The position numbers and the translations under genes were made by a program. A stretch of 64,000 nucleotides of DNA from Akkermansiaceae bacterium (lineage in GTDB: Bacteria > Verrucomicrobiota > Verrucomicrobiia > Verrucomicrobiales > Akkermansiaceae), in NCBI GenBank assembly GCA_051251915.1, contig JBPOGF010000005.1:96001-160000 (forward strand), in the 5' to 3' direction. The notes under the pieces were generated by a model that did no database searches, was not told the DNA's origin, and saw nothing but the letters and a program-made list of their open reading frames with translations. This document shows, piece by piece, positions 30,871-39,726 of this stretch. Positions within the stretch are counted from its first letter, which is position 1, and each line of letters starts with the position of its first letter.

Positions 30871-31104
30871 CTGAGCTGGGCAGAAATGCTGCGGTGTAGG
30901 GTGCGGTATTTTAGTGATGGTGTTGTGCTTGGGAGTAAGGAATTTGTGAATGATTTCTTTAAACAGCTAAAAGCAGTGACTCAAAGTGAACCTGGACAGA
31001 GTGAACGTTATCATAAGAGAGAGACTGGGGCGCGGAAGATTAGACACGCGAAAGGAGATAAGTTGTTTAGTATGCGACGGCTGGAGGTGGATAGTATCGG
31101 GTAG
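30871..31104 (+). pseudogene. C-terminal remnant of a verrucomicrobial Y1/RAYT-like transposase
   Basis: (LSWAE)MLRCRVRYFSDGVVLGSKEFVNDFF...KRETGARK resembles the C-terminus of this family as I recall it. An in-frame TAG lies just upstream and no HUH domain is present. Confidence 0.6.
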
Positions 31105-31232
31105 TTTCTTTGGATGTTTTACTTATTATGTATGCTTGTCTGACAATGGCGATAATTAGCCTCTTGCTTACTCATAATTAGCAATATATGCTCATTTTAT
31201 GACACTCCTAGACACAAGAACAGAGTTAAATA

Positions 31233-32540
31233 ATGCGCATTTTATGTAGAAAGTATGTTGGGTTGACCAAGATGATGCTCGTGTTAATTACGACTTGTGG
31301 ATCAGTGACTGGAGCTCTGTTAGAATATGTGACGGCTCCTCCAGACAACCCATTGAGAGGACTAGTGCCGTATGTTGATGCTTCTAAGAAGGCGAATTTT
31401 CCGCATAGTATGGAGTTTCGTTACTTCTCATTGAGGGATATTATGAAGGGCCCAGATGAGTATGATTGGGAACCTATAGAGCGAGCGCTTGAGGGTGTAA
31501 GTAAGCGCGGAAACCAGATCGTTTTCAGGGTCTTTTGTGAATATCCTGGTAGGAAGAATGCGGTTCCTCAGTTTCTCATTGATGGTGGAGTGAAGATCAC
31601 CAAGTGGAAAAATAAGGATGATGGCGAGATCAGCTATACGCCTGATTATGAAAACCCCAAATTAAGAGAATCTCTTACTGGATTCATTAGAGCGATGGGG
31701 GTTAAATACGACGGTGATCCGAGGATAGGATTTATTACTGCTGGCGTTCTAGGCTCGTGGGGTGAGTGGCATACTTACCCGCGCGAGGATTTATGGGCAT
31801 CGAAGGAAGTCCAGCTTGAGATTTTAGATTCTTTTGCGAAGGCCTTCTCAACGACGAAAGTATTGTTGCGATATGCTGCTGGTGGTAAGAATGAGATGTA
31901 TGCAGAGAATGTTGAGGGGCCTTTTGGTTACCATGATGATTCATTTGGATGGGCAACAATCGATACGGGAAAGAAGAACGACTCATGGTTTTTTGAACCT
32001 ACGCTTAAGGCCGCTGGTGCGATGTCAAAGTGGAAGAGCTTTCCGATAGGCGGCGAGATTCGTCCTGAGTTGTGGAAGAAGAGTTTTACTGCCAAATGCC
32101 ATTCTAGGGATCAGGGATTTGTGGAATGTGTGGAGCGCTTGCATGTGACTTGGCTTATGGACACGGGGCTTTTCGATACGCGCTTCAAGGTGGACCGTGA
32201 GCGTAGAGAAGCAGCACTTAAGGAAGTGGCACGGATGGGCTATGAGCTCTATGTCTCGAAGGCGGAATGGAATGAGGGTGTGTTGTCGCTATTGGTTGAA
32301 AACCGTGGAGTTGCACCATTTTATTATGATTGGCCAGTAGAGGTAGAGCTGGATGGTAAGCTTATTAAAACCGACTGGAAATTGAGCGGAATCCTGCCGG
32401 GTGAGCCGCGTGTATGGTCGATCAAAATGGCGGCTAAAAGCGCATTGAAAGTTCGCGTGCCGAACCCAATGAATGGTGGTAAACCACTCCGTTTTGCAAA
32501 CCGCTCTCAAGGAAAAGAGTGGCTTGAGATAAAGCTATAG
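31233..32540 (+). CDS. DUF4832-type glycoside-hydrolase-like secreted protein
   Basis: PDNPLRG, YDGDPRIGFI, GSWGEWH, GYHDDSF, PIGGEIRPE, NRGVAPFYYDW. Confidence 0.7.
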   Translation: MRILCRKYVGLTKMMLVLITTCGSVTGALLEYVTAPPDNPLRGLVPYVDASKKANFPHSMEFRYFSLRDIMKGPDEYDWEPIERALEGVSKRGNQIVFRVFCEYPGRKNAVPQFLIDGGVKITKWKNKDDGEISYTPDYENPKLRESLTGFIRAMGVKYDGDPRIGFITAGVLGSWGEWHTYPREDLWASKEVQLEILDSFAKAFSTTKVLLRYAAGGKNEMYAENVEGPFGYHDDSFGWATIDTGKKNDSWFFEPTLKAAGAMSKWKSFPIGGEIRPELWKKSFTAKCHSRDQGFVECVERLHVTWLMDTGLFDTRFKVDRERREAALKEVARMGYELYVSKAEWNEGVLSLLVENRGVAPFYYDWPVEVELDGKLIKTDWKLSGILPGEPRVWSIKMAAKSALKVRVPNPMNGGKPLRFANRSQGKEWLEIKL

Positions 32541-32612
32541 ATAAGGCTTACTCTGTTCCATTTCAGCTTCAATCCACTTGCTTTCTATGGGCTAGAGGAT
32601 TAGTGTGGCGTC

Positions 32613-32846
32613 ATGACACTCGCTAAGAAGATCAAACTTATTCTCGTTATCACCATTATTTCTTTGGTGGCTATTGTTATCTTCCAGAATACTGAGGCGG
32701 TCACTGCAAATCTCCTGTTCAAGGAGGTGAGTATGTCACTTTCTCTGATGTTGTTACTCACGTTTTTACTGGGGATTATCACTGGATTTGTATCGATGCT
32801 GTTTCTTTCTAAGAAGAAAGTGAAGAAAGTGGAGGCTAAACTATAA
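32613..32846 (+). CDS. LapA/DUF1049-family small membrane protein
   Basis: Two TM segments around FQNTEAV; basic tail. Confidence 0.7.
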   Translation: MTLAKKIKLILVITIISLVAIVIFQNTEAVTANLLFKEVSMSLSLMLLLTFLLGIITGFVSMLFLSKKKVKKVEAKL

Positions 32847-32939
32847 TTCTAAAAGGGGTTCATTCTTGCTTGTGAATGGACAGAGGGTATAAAGGTGCTT
32901 GTCTAGAGGCAGTTAATTACACCAAGAAAGAAATTGATC

Positions 32940-33290
32940 ATGAAGAAAACATTAAGGTCGCCATTTTATTATTTTGCTGGATTCGCTGCTCTATTTACGG
33001 GGGTAGCATGCACACAGATCAATCAAGCTAGGGCTAAAAATGGAGCGCCTACTCAAAAAATGGCTACGGCTACGAATACAGACTTGAAGGATTTAGGTGA
33101 AGGACATGCTATATTTATGAGACAATGTTCTCAGTGCCATGAACCAAAGCTGCCGGCTACGATTCCTTCTGAAGCATGGCATGTGATCGTGCCTGGGATG
33201 GCTTGGAATGCTGGGCTTTCTGAGATAGAGGAGAAAAGTGTTCATGCCTATATTATGGCGGCTAGTCAGTATAATGAGCAGCAACGCTAG
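32940..33290 (+). CDS. Mono-heme cytochrome c lipoprotein
   Basis: Lipobox GVAC, CSQCH heme motif, candidate distal Met in VPGM. Confidence 0.75.
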   Translation: MKKTLRSPFYYFAGFAALFTGVACTQINQARAKNGAPTQKMATATNTDLKDLGEGHAIFMRQCSQCHEPKLPATIPSEAWHVIVPGMAWNAGLSEIEEKSVHAYIMAASQYNEQQR

Positions 33291-33342
33291 TTACTTGTTT
33301 GAACGCTGGAGGTAAGTTTTTTATTATGGTGCGCTAATTGAG

Positions 33343-34212
33343 ATGAACTTATTTCCCTATATTCTTGCTGCTAGGCCTAAGACTTTGCCGGCTGCTATTG
33401 TGCCGGTTTGGCTGGGATGTCTGCTGGCGTGGTTCCTTACGGGTGAGTTTGATGGGTGGGTTGCATTTTACACATTGATGGGTGCGGTGTGGATTCAGGT
33501 GGGGACGAATTTTTTCAATGACGCTATCGACTCGGATAAAGGTGCGGATACTGAGAAACGTCTTGGACCAAAGCGTGCGACGGCAAGTGGTTTGATCTCG
33601 CGACGTGCGGTTTACACTTCTGCTGTTGTTTGTTTGCTGATTGCGGCGGTATTTGGTGGCTTGTTGTTTCAGGCGCGAGGGTGGATGGTGTTGGTGATCG
33701 GTATTCCGTCATTGTATTTATGTTACGGTTACACAGGTGGGCCGTGGCCATTGGCGTATAAGGGGCTGGGGGAGTTATTTGTGGTGTTGTTTTTTGGGCT
33801 GATTGCGGTGGCTGGGACTTTGTTTATGCAGTTGGGTGAGTGGCGTTGGGAGGCAGTTCTGTTAGGTCTGCAAGCTGGGTTGCTCTCAGCGGTATTGATT
33901 TCTATTAATAACCTACGAGATCGTGAAGAGGATGAGGGTAATAACAAACGCACGCTGGCGGTTTTGTTAGGTGAGGAGCGAGCGAAGAAGTTGTTAATGG
34001 TAGAGATATTTCTGCCTGCTGTTCTAGGGTTTATTTGGTTAAGAGACGATATCCAGTTGGCACTTTATCCGCTCGCCTACCTTGTGCTCGCTATCCCCAT
34101 CGCTAAAGGGGTGATGAGCAATGAACCAGGTAAGATCTATAATAAGTTCCTCGCACTCGCAGGACTACAGCTCATCGTGTTCGGTGTGGCATTTCACATA
34201 GGTGTGCTCTAA
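33343..34212 (+). CDS. menA: 1,4-dihydroxy-2-naphthoate prenyltransferase
   Basis: AARPKTLPA, NFFNDAID..KGAD, YTGGPWPLAY.GLGE, INNLRD...K.TLAV. Confidence 0.92.
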   Translation: MNLFPYILAARPKTLPAAIVPVWLGCLLAWFLTGEFDGWVAFYTLMGAVWIQVGTNFFNDAIDSDKGADTEKRLGPKRATASGLISRRAVYTSAVVCLLIAAVFGGLLFQARGWMVLVIGIPSLYLCYGYTGGPWPLAYKGLGELFVVLFFGLIAVAGTLFMQLGEWRWEAVLLGLQAGLLSAVLISINNLRDREEDEGNNKRTLAVLLGEERAKKLLMVEIFLPAVLGFIWLRDDIQLALYPLAYLVLAIPIAKGVMSNEPGKIYNKFLALAGLQLIVFGVAFHIGVL

Positions 34213-34279
34213 AAATAAAGTTAGAAATATCTAGAAAAAATTTGTCAACGGATATGAGCACTGGTAGTGGGTAGCCGTT

Positions 34280-34696
34280 ATGAAAATCATCAATTTACTA
34301 CTCGTCACATTATCCCTCAGTCTTTCTCTTCACGCGGATCCGGAGGCTAAGCCGGCTTCGCCAGCAAAATCAGAGGCTGCAGAGGCTGCTCCACTTCGTC
34401 ATGTGGTTTTATTTAAGTTTAAGGACACGGCAACTGACGAAGAAGTTGCTGCAATTGAAAAAGCCTTTAGTGCACTGCCTAGCAAGATAGAAACCATCAC
34501 TGATTACGAGTGGGGGCCTAATGTTAGTGAGGCGAATAAGAATGATGGGTTCACTCATTGTTTCATTGTGACGTTTAAAGATCAAAAGGGGCTTGATGTG
34601 TATTCACCACATCCTGCTCATCAGGAATTTATTGAGCTTTTCAAGCCGTCACTGGAAAAAGCGTTAGTGTTTGATTACTATATGCAGAAACCTTAA
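34280..34696 (+). CDS. Dabb (stress-responsive A/B barrel) family exported protein
   Basis: LRHVVLFKFK, GFTHCF, Y..HPAHQEF, VFDY. Confidence 0.88.
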   Translation: MKIINLLLVTLSLSLSLHADPEAKPASPAKSEAAEAAPLRHVVLFKFKDTATDEEVAAIEKAFSALPSKIETITDYEWGPNVSEANKNDGFTHCFIVTFKDQKGLDVYSPHPAHQEFIELFKPSLEKALVFDYYMQKP

Positions 34697-34724
34697 TTGA
34701 GTTTCATCTCATTTTGCATCCATC

Positions 34725-34765
34725 CCATTCCAGAGACAGGTTAATGGCTCTGGGGTGGACTTTTC
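34725..34765 (+). terminator. Hairpin between convergent Dabb and uppP genes
   Basis: CCATTCCAGAG-N12-CTCTGGGGTGG stem (with G-U pairs) followed by acTTTT. Confidence 0.45.
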
Positions 34766-34820
34766 CTGCTTTATTTTAGATTTCCTGCTGGCTGGTGTAG
34801 GGAATCAATTCCGTAGGATC

Positions 34821-35630
34821 TTATACAGGATTCAATGAGAAGTAAATCATGCCTGAGATGCTTGCGGCTATCAGGTAGTAGGAAAAGTATTCCAACTTGC
34901 CCTTTTTAACCACGTTCATAGCAAGAGAGATGGCGAGTAGGCCAACTACTGCAGATGCAACTGCTCCCCAGATGTAGGCGTCAGATGTGCAGGAATCGAG
35001 AGCGGTGCCCCAGCTGCCTAATCTCTCAGCTTCATCCTTTAAGTTCAGCACGAAGCCTCCCGCGATGGCAGGGATGGACATGAGGAAGGAAAACTCAGCG
35101 GCTTTCTCAGCTTTGACGCCACTGACGAGTCCGGCGGCAATCGTTGATCCACTGCGTGAAATTCCAGGTAGGATAGCTAATGCTTGGCCGATGCCCATCC
35201 AGAGTGAGCTTTTCGCTCCGATGTTGGCGGTTTTGTTTTTTAGAATTTTAGGGACGAATAGTAGTGCTGCAGTGAGCAATAAGAGTCCACTGACTAGGAC
35301 TGGGCGGTCATAGGCCGCTTTGAAGTAATCACCAAATAGTTTATAAGCCACTACTGCAGGGACAGTAGCGACACCTAGCCAGAAGATCATCATGCGCTCT
35401 TCTTTCATGTCTTTGGTCCAGAGTGATTGGCAAAGTTTCCAGAGGCTGGCACGGAAGTAGATGAGCACACTCAAAAGAGTTCCTAAGTGGAGGACAATTT
35501 CAAATGAGAGACTGCTTTCCTTGATGCCGAGAAGTGCTTGTGTAAGAACAATATGCCCAGAGGATGAGATAGGCAAAAACTCTGCTAATCCCTGCACAAT
35601 ACCCACGATGATCGCTTCCAAAATACTCAT
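34821..35630 (-). CDS. uppP: Undecaprenyl-diphosphate phosphatase
   Basis: GIVQGLAEFLPISSSGH, LHLGTL, PGISRSGSTI, AAEFSFLMSIP; ATG 35630. Confidence 0.94.
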   Translation of the reverse strand: MSILEAIIVGIVQGLAEFLPISSSGHIVLTQALLGIKESSLSFEIVLHLGTLLSVLIYFRASLWKLCQSLWTKDMKEERMMIFWLGVATVPAVVAYKLFGDYFKAAYDRPVLVSGLLLLTAALLFVPKILKNKTANIGAKSSLWMGIGQALAILPGISRSGSTIAAGLVSGVKAEKAAEFSFLMSIPAIAGGFVLNLKDEAERLGSWGTALDSCTSDAYIWGAVASAVVGLLAISLAMNVVKKGKLEYFSYYLIAASISGMIYFSLNPV

Positions 35631-35829
35631 AACTAACGCGGAATCTAGCCACATCTGAGGACTTGGCAAGGAATAACCTATGGCTAGTATTTATCTTCTA
35701 TAATTAGGAATATGTCATAAAAAAGGCTGAAACTTTATTCTGTTCGTAACGTATGTATAAGATTAGCGTAGAAATAGTTATCAGGCTTAATTTACGATTC
35801 GTTTTAATCTAACCATAACCCATAAAACC

Positions 35830-37170
35830 ATGTCCCAGCGATGCTCAGGAAACCCACTAGCAGATAATACACGATCATTAGGAGCTCAATCTCGGCGAGA
35901 ATTTCTCAATGTGGGGTTGCTCGGGGGGCTAGGTCTGACGCTTCCTGCCTTTTTAAAAATGCAGGCTCAGGGTGCTCAGAAAATTTACAAGAACACGGAT
36001 GGGCCATGTAAGGCTGTGATCCAGATTTTCCTACCTGGAGGGTTAGCTCAGCATGAGTCATTTGATCCTAAGCCCTATGCGCCATCTGACTACCGTGGAC
36101 CGTTTGGGTCTATCAAGACGAAGCTCACTGGTTACCGATTTGGGGAGCACATGAAGGACATGGCTGCCATTGCGGATAAGATGACGGTGATTCGTTCTAT
36201 GTCACATGGTGAGGCAGCGCATGAACGGGGGACTCATAATATGTTCACTGGTTACCGGCCAAATCCTGCGTTGGAGTTCCCATCCATAGGTTCGGTGATC
36301 TCGCACGAGTTTGGCCCTCAGCATAATTTACCACCGTATGTATGTGTGCCTACTGTGCCCAATGAATATGCTAACTCTGGCTACCTTTCATCATCTCACG
36401 GCCCCTTCGCGCTTGGCTCAGACCCGGCTCAGAAAGATTTCCAGGTGCGAGATCTTAATATGCCGAAGGGGGTTGATGAAGAGAGGTTCAACCGAAGGAA
36501 ATCTTTGCTTGAAACTGTGGACCACCATTTCCGTAGTTTGGAAAACTCTGACGCGCTGGACTCGATGGATGCTTTCTATCAGCACGCTTATAGTCTCATT
36601 TCATCGCAGAAAGCACGTGAGGCATTTGATATCAATAAAGAGCCTCAGAAGCTCCGCGATCAGTATGGCAATACTCAGGCTGGTCAGCGGATGATCCTAG
36701 CGCGCCGACTTGTGGAGTCTGGTGTAAGGTTCGTATCGCTAACAACTGGTGGGTGGGATCACCACGCGAACATCAAGGACGGAATCCAAAAGGGACTTCC
36801 TCCAGTCGATAAGGCGGTCGCTATGTTGATCAAGGATTTGGAACAGCGTGGTTTATTAGATTCGACGATGGTCATCCTTACTTCAGAATTTGGGCGCACA
36901 CCGAAGATTAATAAAGATGGGGGGCGAGATCATTGGCCACGGGTATTTTCTACTATGCTTGCGGGTGGTGGTATCCAAAAAGGATTGATTTATGGTGAGT
37001 CAGATGCCCTTGGTGGGGAGCCTGAGGATAATAAGGTTGGGGTGGAGGACTTCGCTAAGACGATTTATCATCAGCTGGGGATCAATGCAGATAAGGAGCT
37101 GATGTCGCCTGGTGGACGGCCGATAGAAATTGTTGATGGTGGAAGTGTAATCAAGGACATCATTATCTAA
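35830..37170 (+). CDS. DUF1501-domain protein with Tat signal
   Basis: SRREFL Tat motif, FLPGG..Q.ESFDPKP, LARRLVESGVRFV, GWDHH, SEFGRTPKIN, GRDHWP. Confidence 0.9.
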   Translation: MSQRCSGNPLADNTRSLGAQSRREFLNVGLLGGLGLTLPAFLKMQAQGAQKIYKNTDGPCKAVIQIFLPGGLAQHESFDPKPYAPSDYRGPFGSIKTKLTGYRFGEHMKDMAAIADKMTVIRSMSHGEAAHERGTHNMFTGYRPNPALEFPSIGSVISHEFGPQHNLPPYVCVPTVPNEYANSGYLSSSHGPFALGSDPAQKDFQVRDLNMPKGVDEERFNRRKSLLETVDHHFRSLENSDALDSMDAFYQHAYSLISSQKAREAFDINKEPQKLRDQYGNTQAGQRMILARRLVESGVRFVSLTTGGWDHHANIKDGIQKGLPPVDKAVAMLIKDLEQRGLLDSTMVILTSEFGRTPKINKDGGRDHWPRVFSTMLAGGGIQKGLIYGESDALGGEPEDNKVGVEDFAKTIYHQLGINADKELMSPGGRPIEIVDGGSVIKDIII

Positions 37171-37171
37171 C

Positions 37172-39604
37172 ATGTTAGAGAAATTATCGGTTATATTGTT
37201 GGCTTTGGTGTGCTGTCTCAGAGCGCATGAACCTCTGCTCAGTAACATTTCTCCAAGAGGGGCACAGCGGGGAACTACTGTTGAGCTTACCTGTCGGGGA
37301 GATCGGCTCAAGAGCGCTCATTCGCTCATCATGTACCAGAATGGGATCACTGCTGGGGAGCCTAAGATCATCAACCCGAAGCACGTTACTTTTCCTATCA
37401 CTATTGCACCAGATGCACCACTGGGTGAGCATAAGTTCCGGATTGCCTGTACTGATGGGACCACGGTTTTAGAGACTTTTTGGGTGGGACAGTACCCTTT
37501 AGTTAAGGAGACAAAGGAAGCTAATAACTCACCAAATGAAGCGCAAGCGATTGAGAATAACCGTACTTTAACAGGGATCACGGATAGGGAGGATGTGGAC
37601 TATTATAAGCTCCATTTAAAAAAGAGCCAGACTGTCACTATCGAGGTAGAGGCGATGCGTCTGGGTAAAACATTTTTCGACCCTTTCATCGCGATTACTG
37701 ATGCGAATGGATCTGAGTTGGTGTCATGTGATGACTCACACCTTCACCGTCAAGACCCTTACCTTTCCTTTACCGCATCTAAGGAAGGCGACTACTACAT
37801 TCTGATCCGCGACTCGGCCTACGAGGGCGGAGGTGGTCATGTCTACCACATGCACGTGGGGGACTTTCCTAGGCCGCTGAGTATTTCCCCTTTAGGTGCT
37901 CAGCGCGGGAAGGCAGCTACATTTGTTAGTGTTCTTCTAGGCAAGTCTGAGCTGAAGCAGACGCAAACCTTTTCTGCTGAGGATGAGTTTCAGCCGCTCT
38001 ATATCACCTCTGGGAAATACAGTAGTCACACGCCATATCAGATCCGTGTGACTGACTTTGGGGCACTGACAGAAAAGGAACCTAACGATAACGTAAAACA
38101 CCAAAATCAAGCCACGACACCAACCGCTCCCATAGCATTTCACGGTACAGTGCAGCAAGATGGAGATAAAGATTGGTATAGATTTCATGCTAAGAAGGGA
38201 CAGAAAGTACGTCTACAAGTCTATGCCCGTGAGCTAGGATCTCCACTCGATTCGCTTATTCAAATCCACGATGCCAAGGGCAAATACATTGCAAACAATG
38301 ACGACCTTGCACAGAACTTCCCAGATAGTAAGCTAGACTACACCGTCCCTGCTGATGGTGATTACTGGGTGGTGATGCAGGATCGACTTAAGAAAGGAAC
38401 TCCTCATCATCATTATCGGATTGAGCTGACTTTGCAGTCGCCAAGCATTGATGCATCACTTGCAAACTTTAGTGACAGGGAGACTCAGAAATGGAAGGCG
38501 TTTAGTATCCCGCAGGGTAACCGTGTCGTCTATCAGGCTAATGTCAGCAAGGTCATTACCAAGGAGGATATAGAGGTGATGGCTGGCAAAATGCCAAAAG
38601 GCATCAAGCTTAGACAGATCCGAATGATAGATAAGGATACAAAGGTTCTGCTCTATCTAGAAGCCTCAGCAGATGCTCCACTGAGGCACAGTCTGTATCC
38701 GCTGAAGGTAAGGACGCATGATAAAAAACTTACCTCTAACATTATCTCTACAACCACTCAGATCAGGGGGCCTAACAACCAGATTTATTATTCTACCAAA
38801 GATGACCTCATCCCCATCCAGGTTACACCTTCTGTTCAGGCGAAGGTTCATCTCATTCAACCTAAGATGGCAATCAACCAGAGTGGAATTTTACCGCTTA
38901 CGATCAAGATAGAGCGATCCAAAGGTTTTGATGAACCTGTCACTATTCTTGTCCCTTGGAAGCCAGCTGGGATCGGTTGTCCAGCTAGCATAACTATTCC
39001 AAAAGGGAAGGATACGGGCATTGTGAATTTAGCAGCTGACTCAAATGCTAAGCTTGGTAAATGGGAGTTCTGTGTCCGAGCTACTTACAATGAGAAGACA
39101 GGTGAATATCCTGGACCCGTGCATATTTCTTCTAACATCATCAACATCGAAGTAGCCAAGCCACTTCTTGCTGGCAAGCTAGCAATCGCCGCTACCGAGC
39201 AGGGTGTTGACACTGCGCTGATCTGTGACTTTGAGAAGATAGAAGGTGCTCAGAAATTTTCAGGTAAAGCCAAACTGATTGTCCAAGGTTTACCAGATGG
39301 AATCACTGCCCAAGCTGTAGAAATTACGCACGACACCAAGCAGATAGCCATCCCCGTGGTGGTTCCTGCCAATGCCCGCACAGGTAAACATGGCAACTTA
39401 TTCTGTCTTGCCGTAGTTACCATCGACGGCCAAGAAATCACCCAAACCCTTGCCCAAGGCGGGACGCTTAGAGTCAATACACCTAGCAAACCAAAGGTGG
39501 CGGTGAAGACTAAAAATGAGACTGTTAAAGCCCCTCCTGCAGAGCAAAAAGTAGTGCCTAAGAAACCACTCTCAAGGCTAGAGCAACTGCGGCAGGATCA
39601 GTGA
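37172..39604 (+). CDS. PPC-domain repeat exported protein typical of PVC DUF1501 operons
   Basis: PRGAQRGTTVE, E.E.N repeats, DVDYY/DKDWYRF, RLG/ELGSPLDS motifs. Confidence 0.8.
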   Translation: MLEKLSVILLALVCCLRAHEPLLSNISPRGAQRGTTVELTCRGDRLKSAHSLIMYQNGITAGEPKIINPKHVTFPITIAPDAPLGEHKFRIACTDGTTVLETFWVGQYPLVKETKEANNSPNEAQAIENNRTLTGITDREDVDYYKLHLKKSQTVTIEVEAMRLGKTFFDPFIAITDANGSELVSCDDSHLHRQDPYLSFTASKEGDYYILIRDSAYEGGGGHVYHMHVGDFPRPLSISPLGAQRGKAATFVSVLLGKSELKQTQTFSAEDEFQPLYITSGKYSSHTPYQIRVTDFGALTEKEPNDNVKHQNQATTPTAPIAFHGTVQQDGDKDWYRFHAKKGQKVRLQVYARELGSPLDSLIQIHDAKGKYIANNDDLAQNFPDSKLDYTVPADGDYWVVMQDRLKKGTPHHHYRIELTLQSPSIDASLANFSDRETQKWKAFSIPQGNRVVYQANVSKVITKEDIEVMAGKMPKGIKLRQIRMIDKDTKVLLYLEASADAPLRHSLYPLKVRTHDKKLTSNIISTTTQIRGPNNQIYYSTKDDLIPIQVTPSVQAKVHLIQPKMAINQSGILPLTIKIERSKGFDEPVTILVPWKPAGIGCPASITIPKGKDTGIVNLAADSNAKLGKWEFCVRATYNEKTGEYPGPVHISSNIINIEVAKPLLAGKLAIAATEQGVDTALICDFEKIEGAQKFSGKAKLIVQGLPDGITAQAVEITHDTKQIAIPVVVPANARTGKHGNLFCLAVVTIDGQEITQTLAQGGTLRVNTPSKPKVAVKTKNETVKAPPAEQKVVPKKPLSRLEQLRQDQ

Positions 39605-39726
39605 TATGGTTTTTTCAAGAACCTCGAATACATCTCTGCCAAAGCTAAACTTAATGCAGAGTGGTATTAATATTCCACGGTCAAAAACTTACTCCTATCC
39701 ACAAGCTCTTAACACATATTTACTTC

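Noticed and set aside
34754..34782. Weak resemblance to the 44181 repeat (also near 44956)
   Set aside because: Only about 11 nt of low-complexity identity; not counted as a copy.
35811..35825. 15-nt AACCATAACCCATAA also present inverted near 46680
   Set aside because: Low-complexity CCATAA repeat with no extended similarity.
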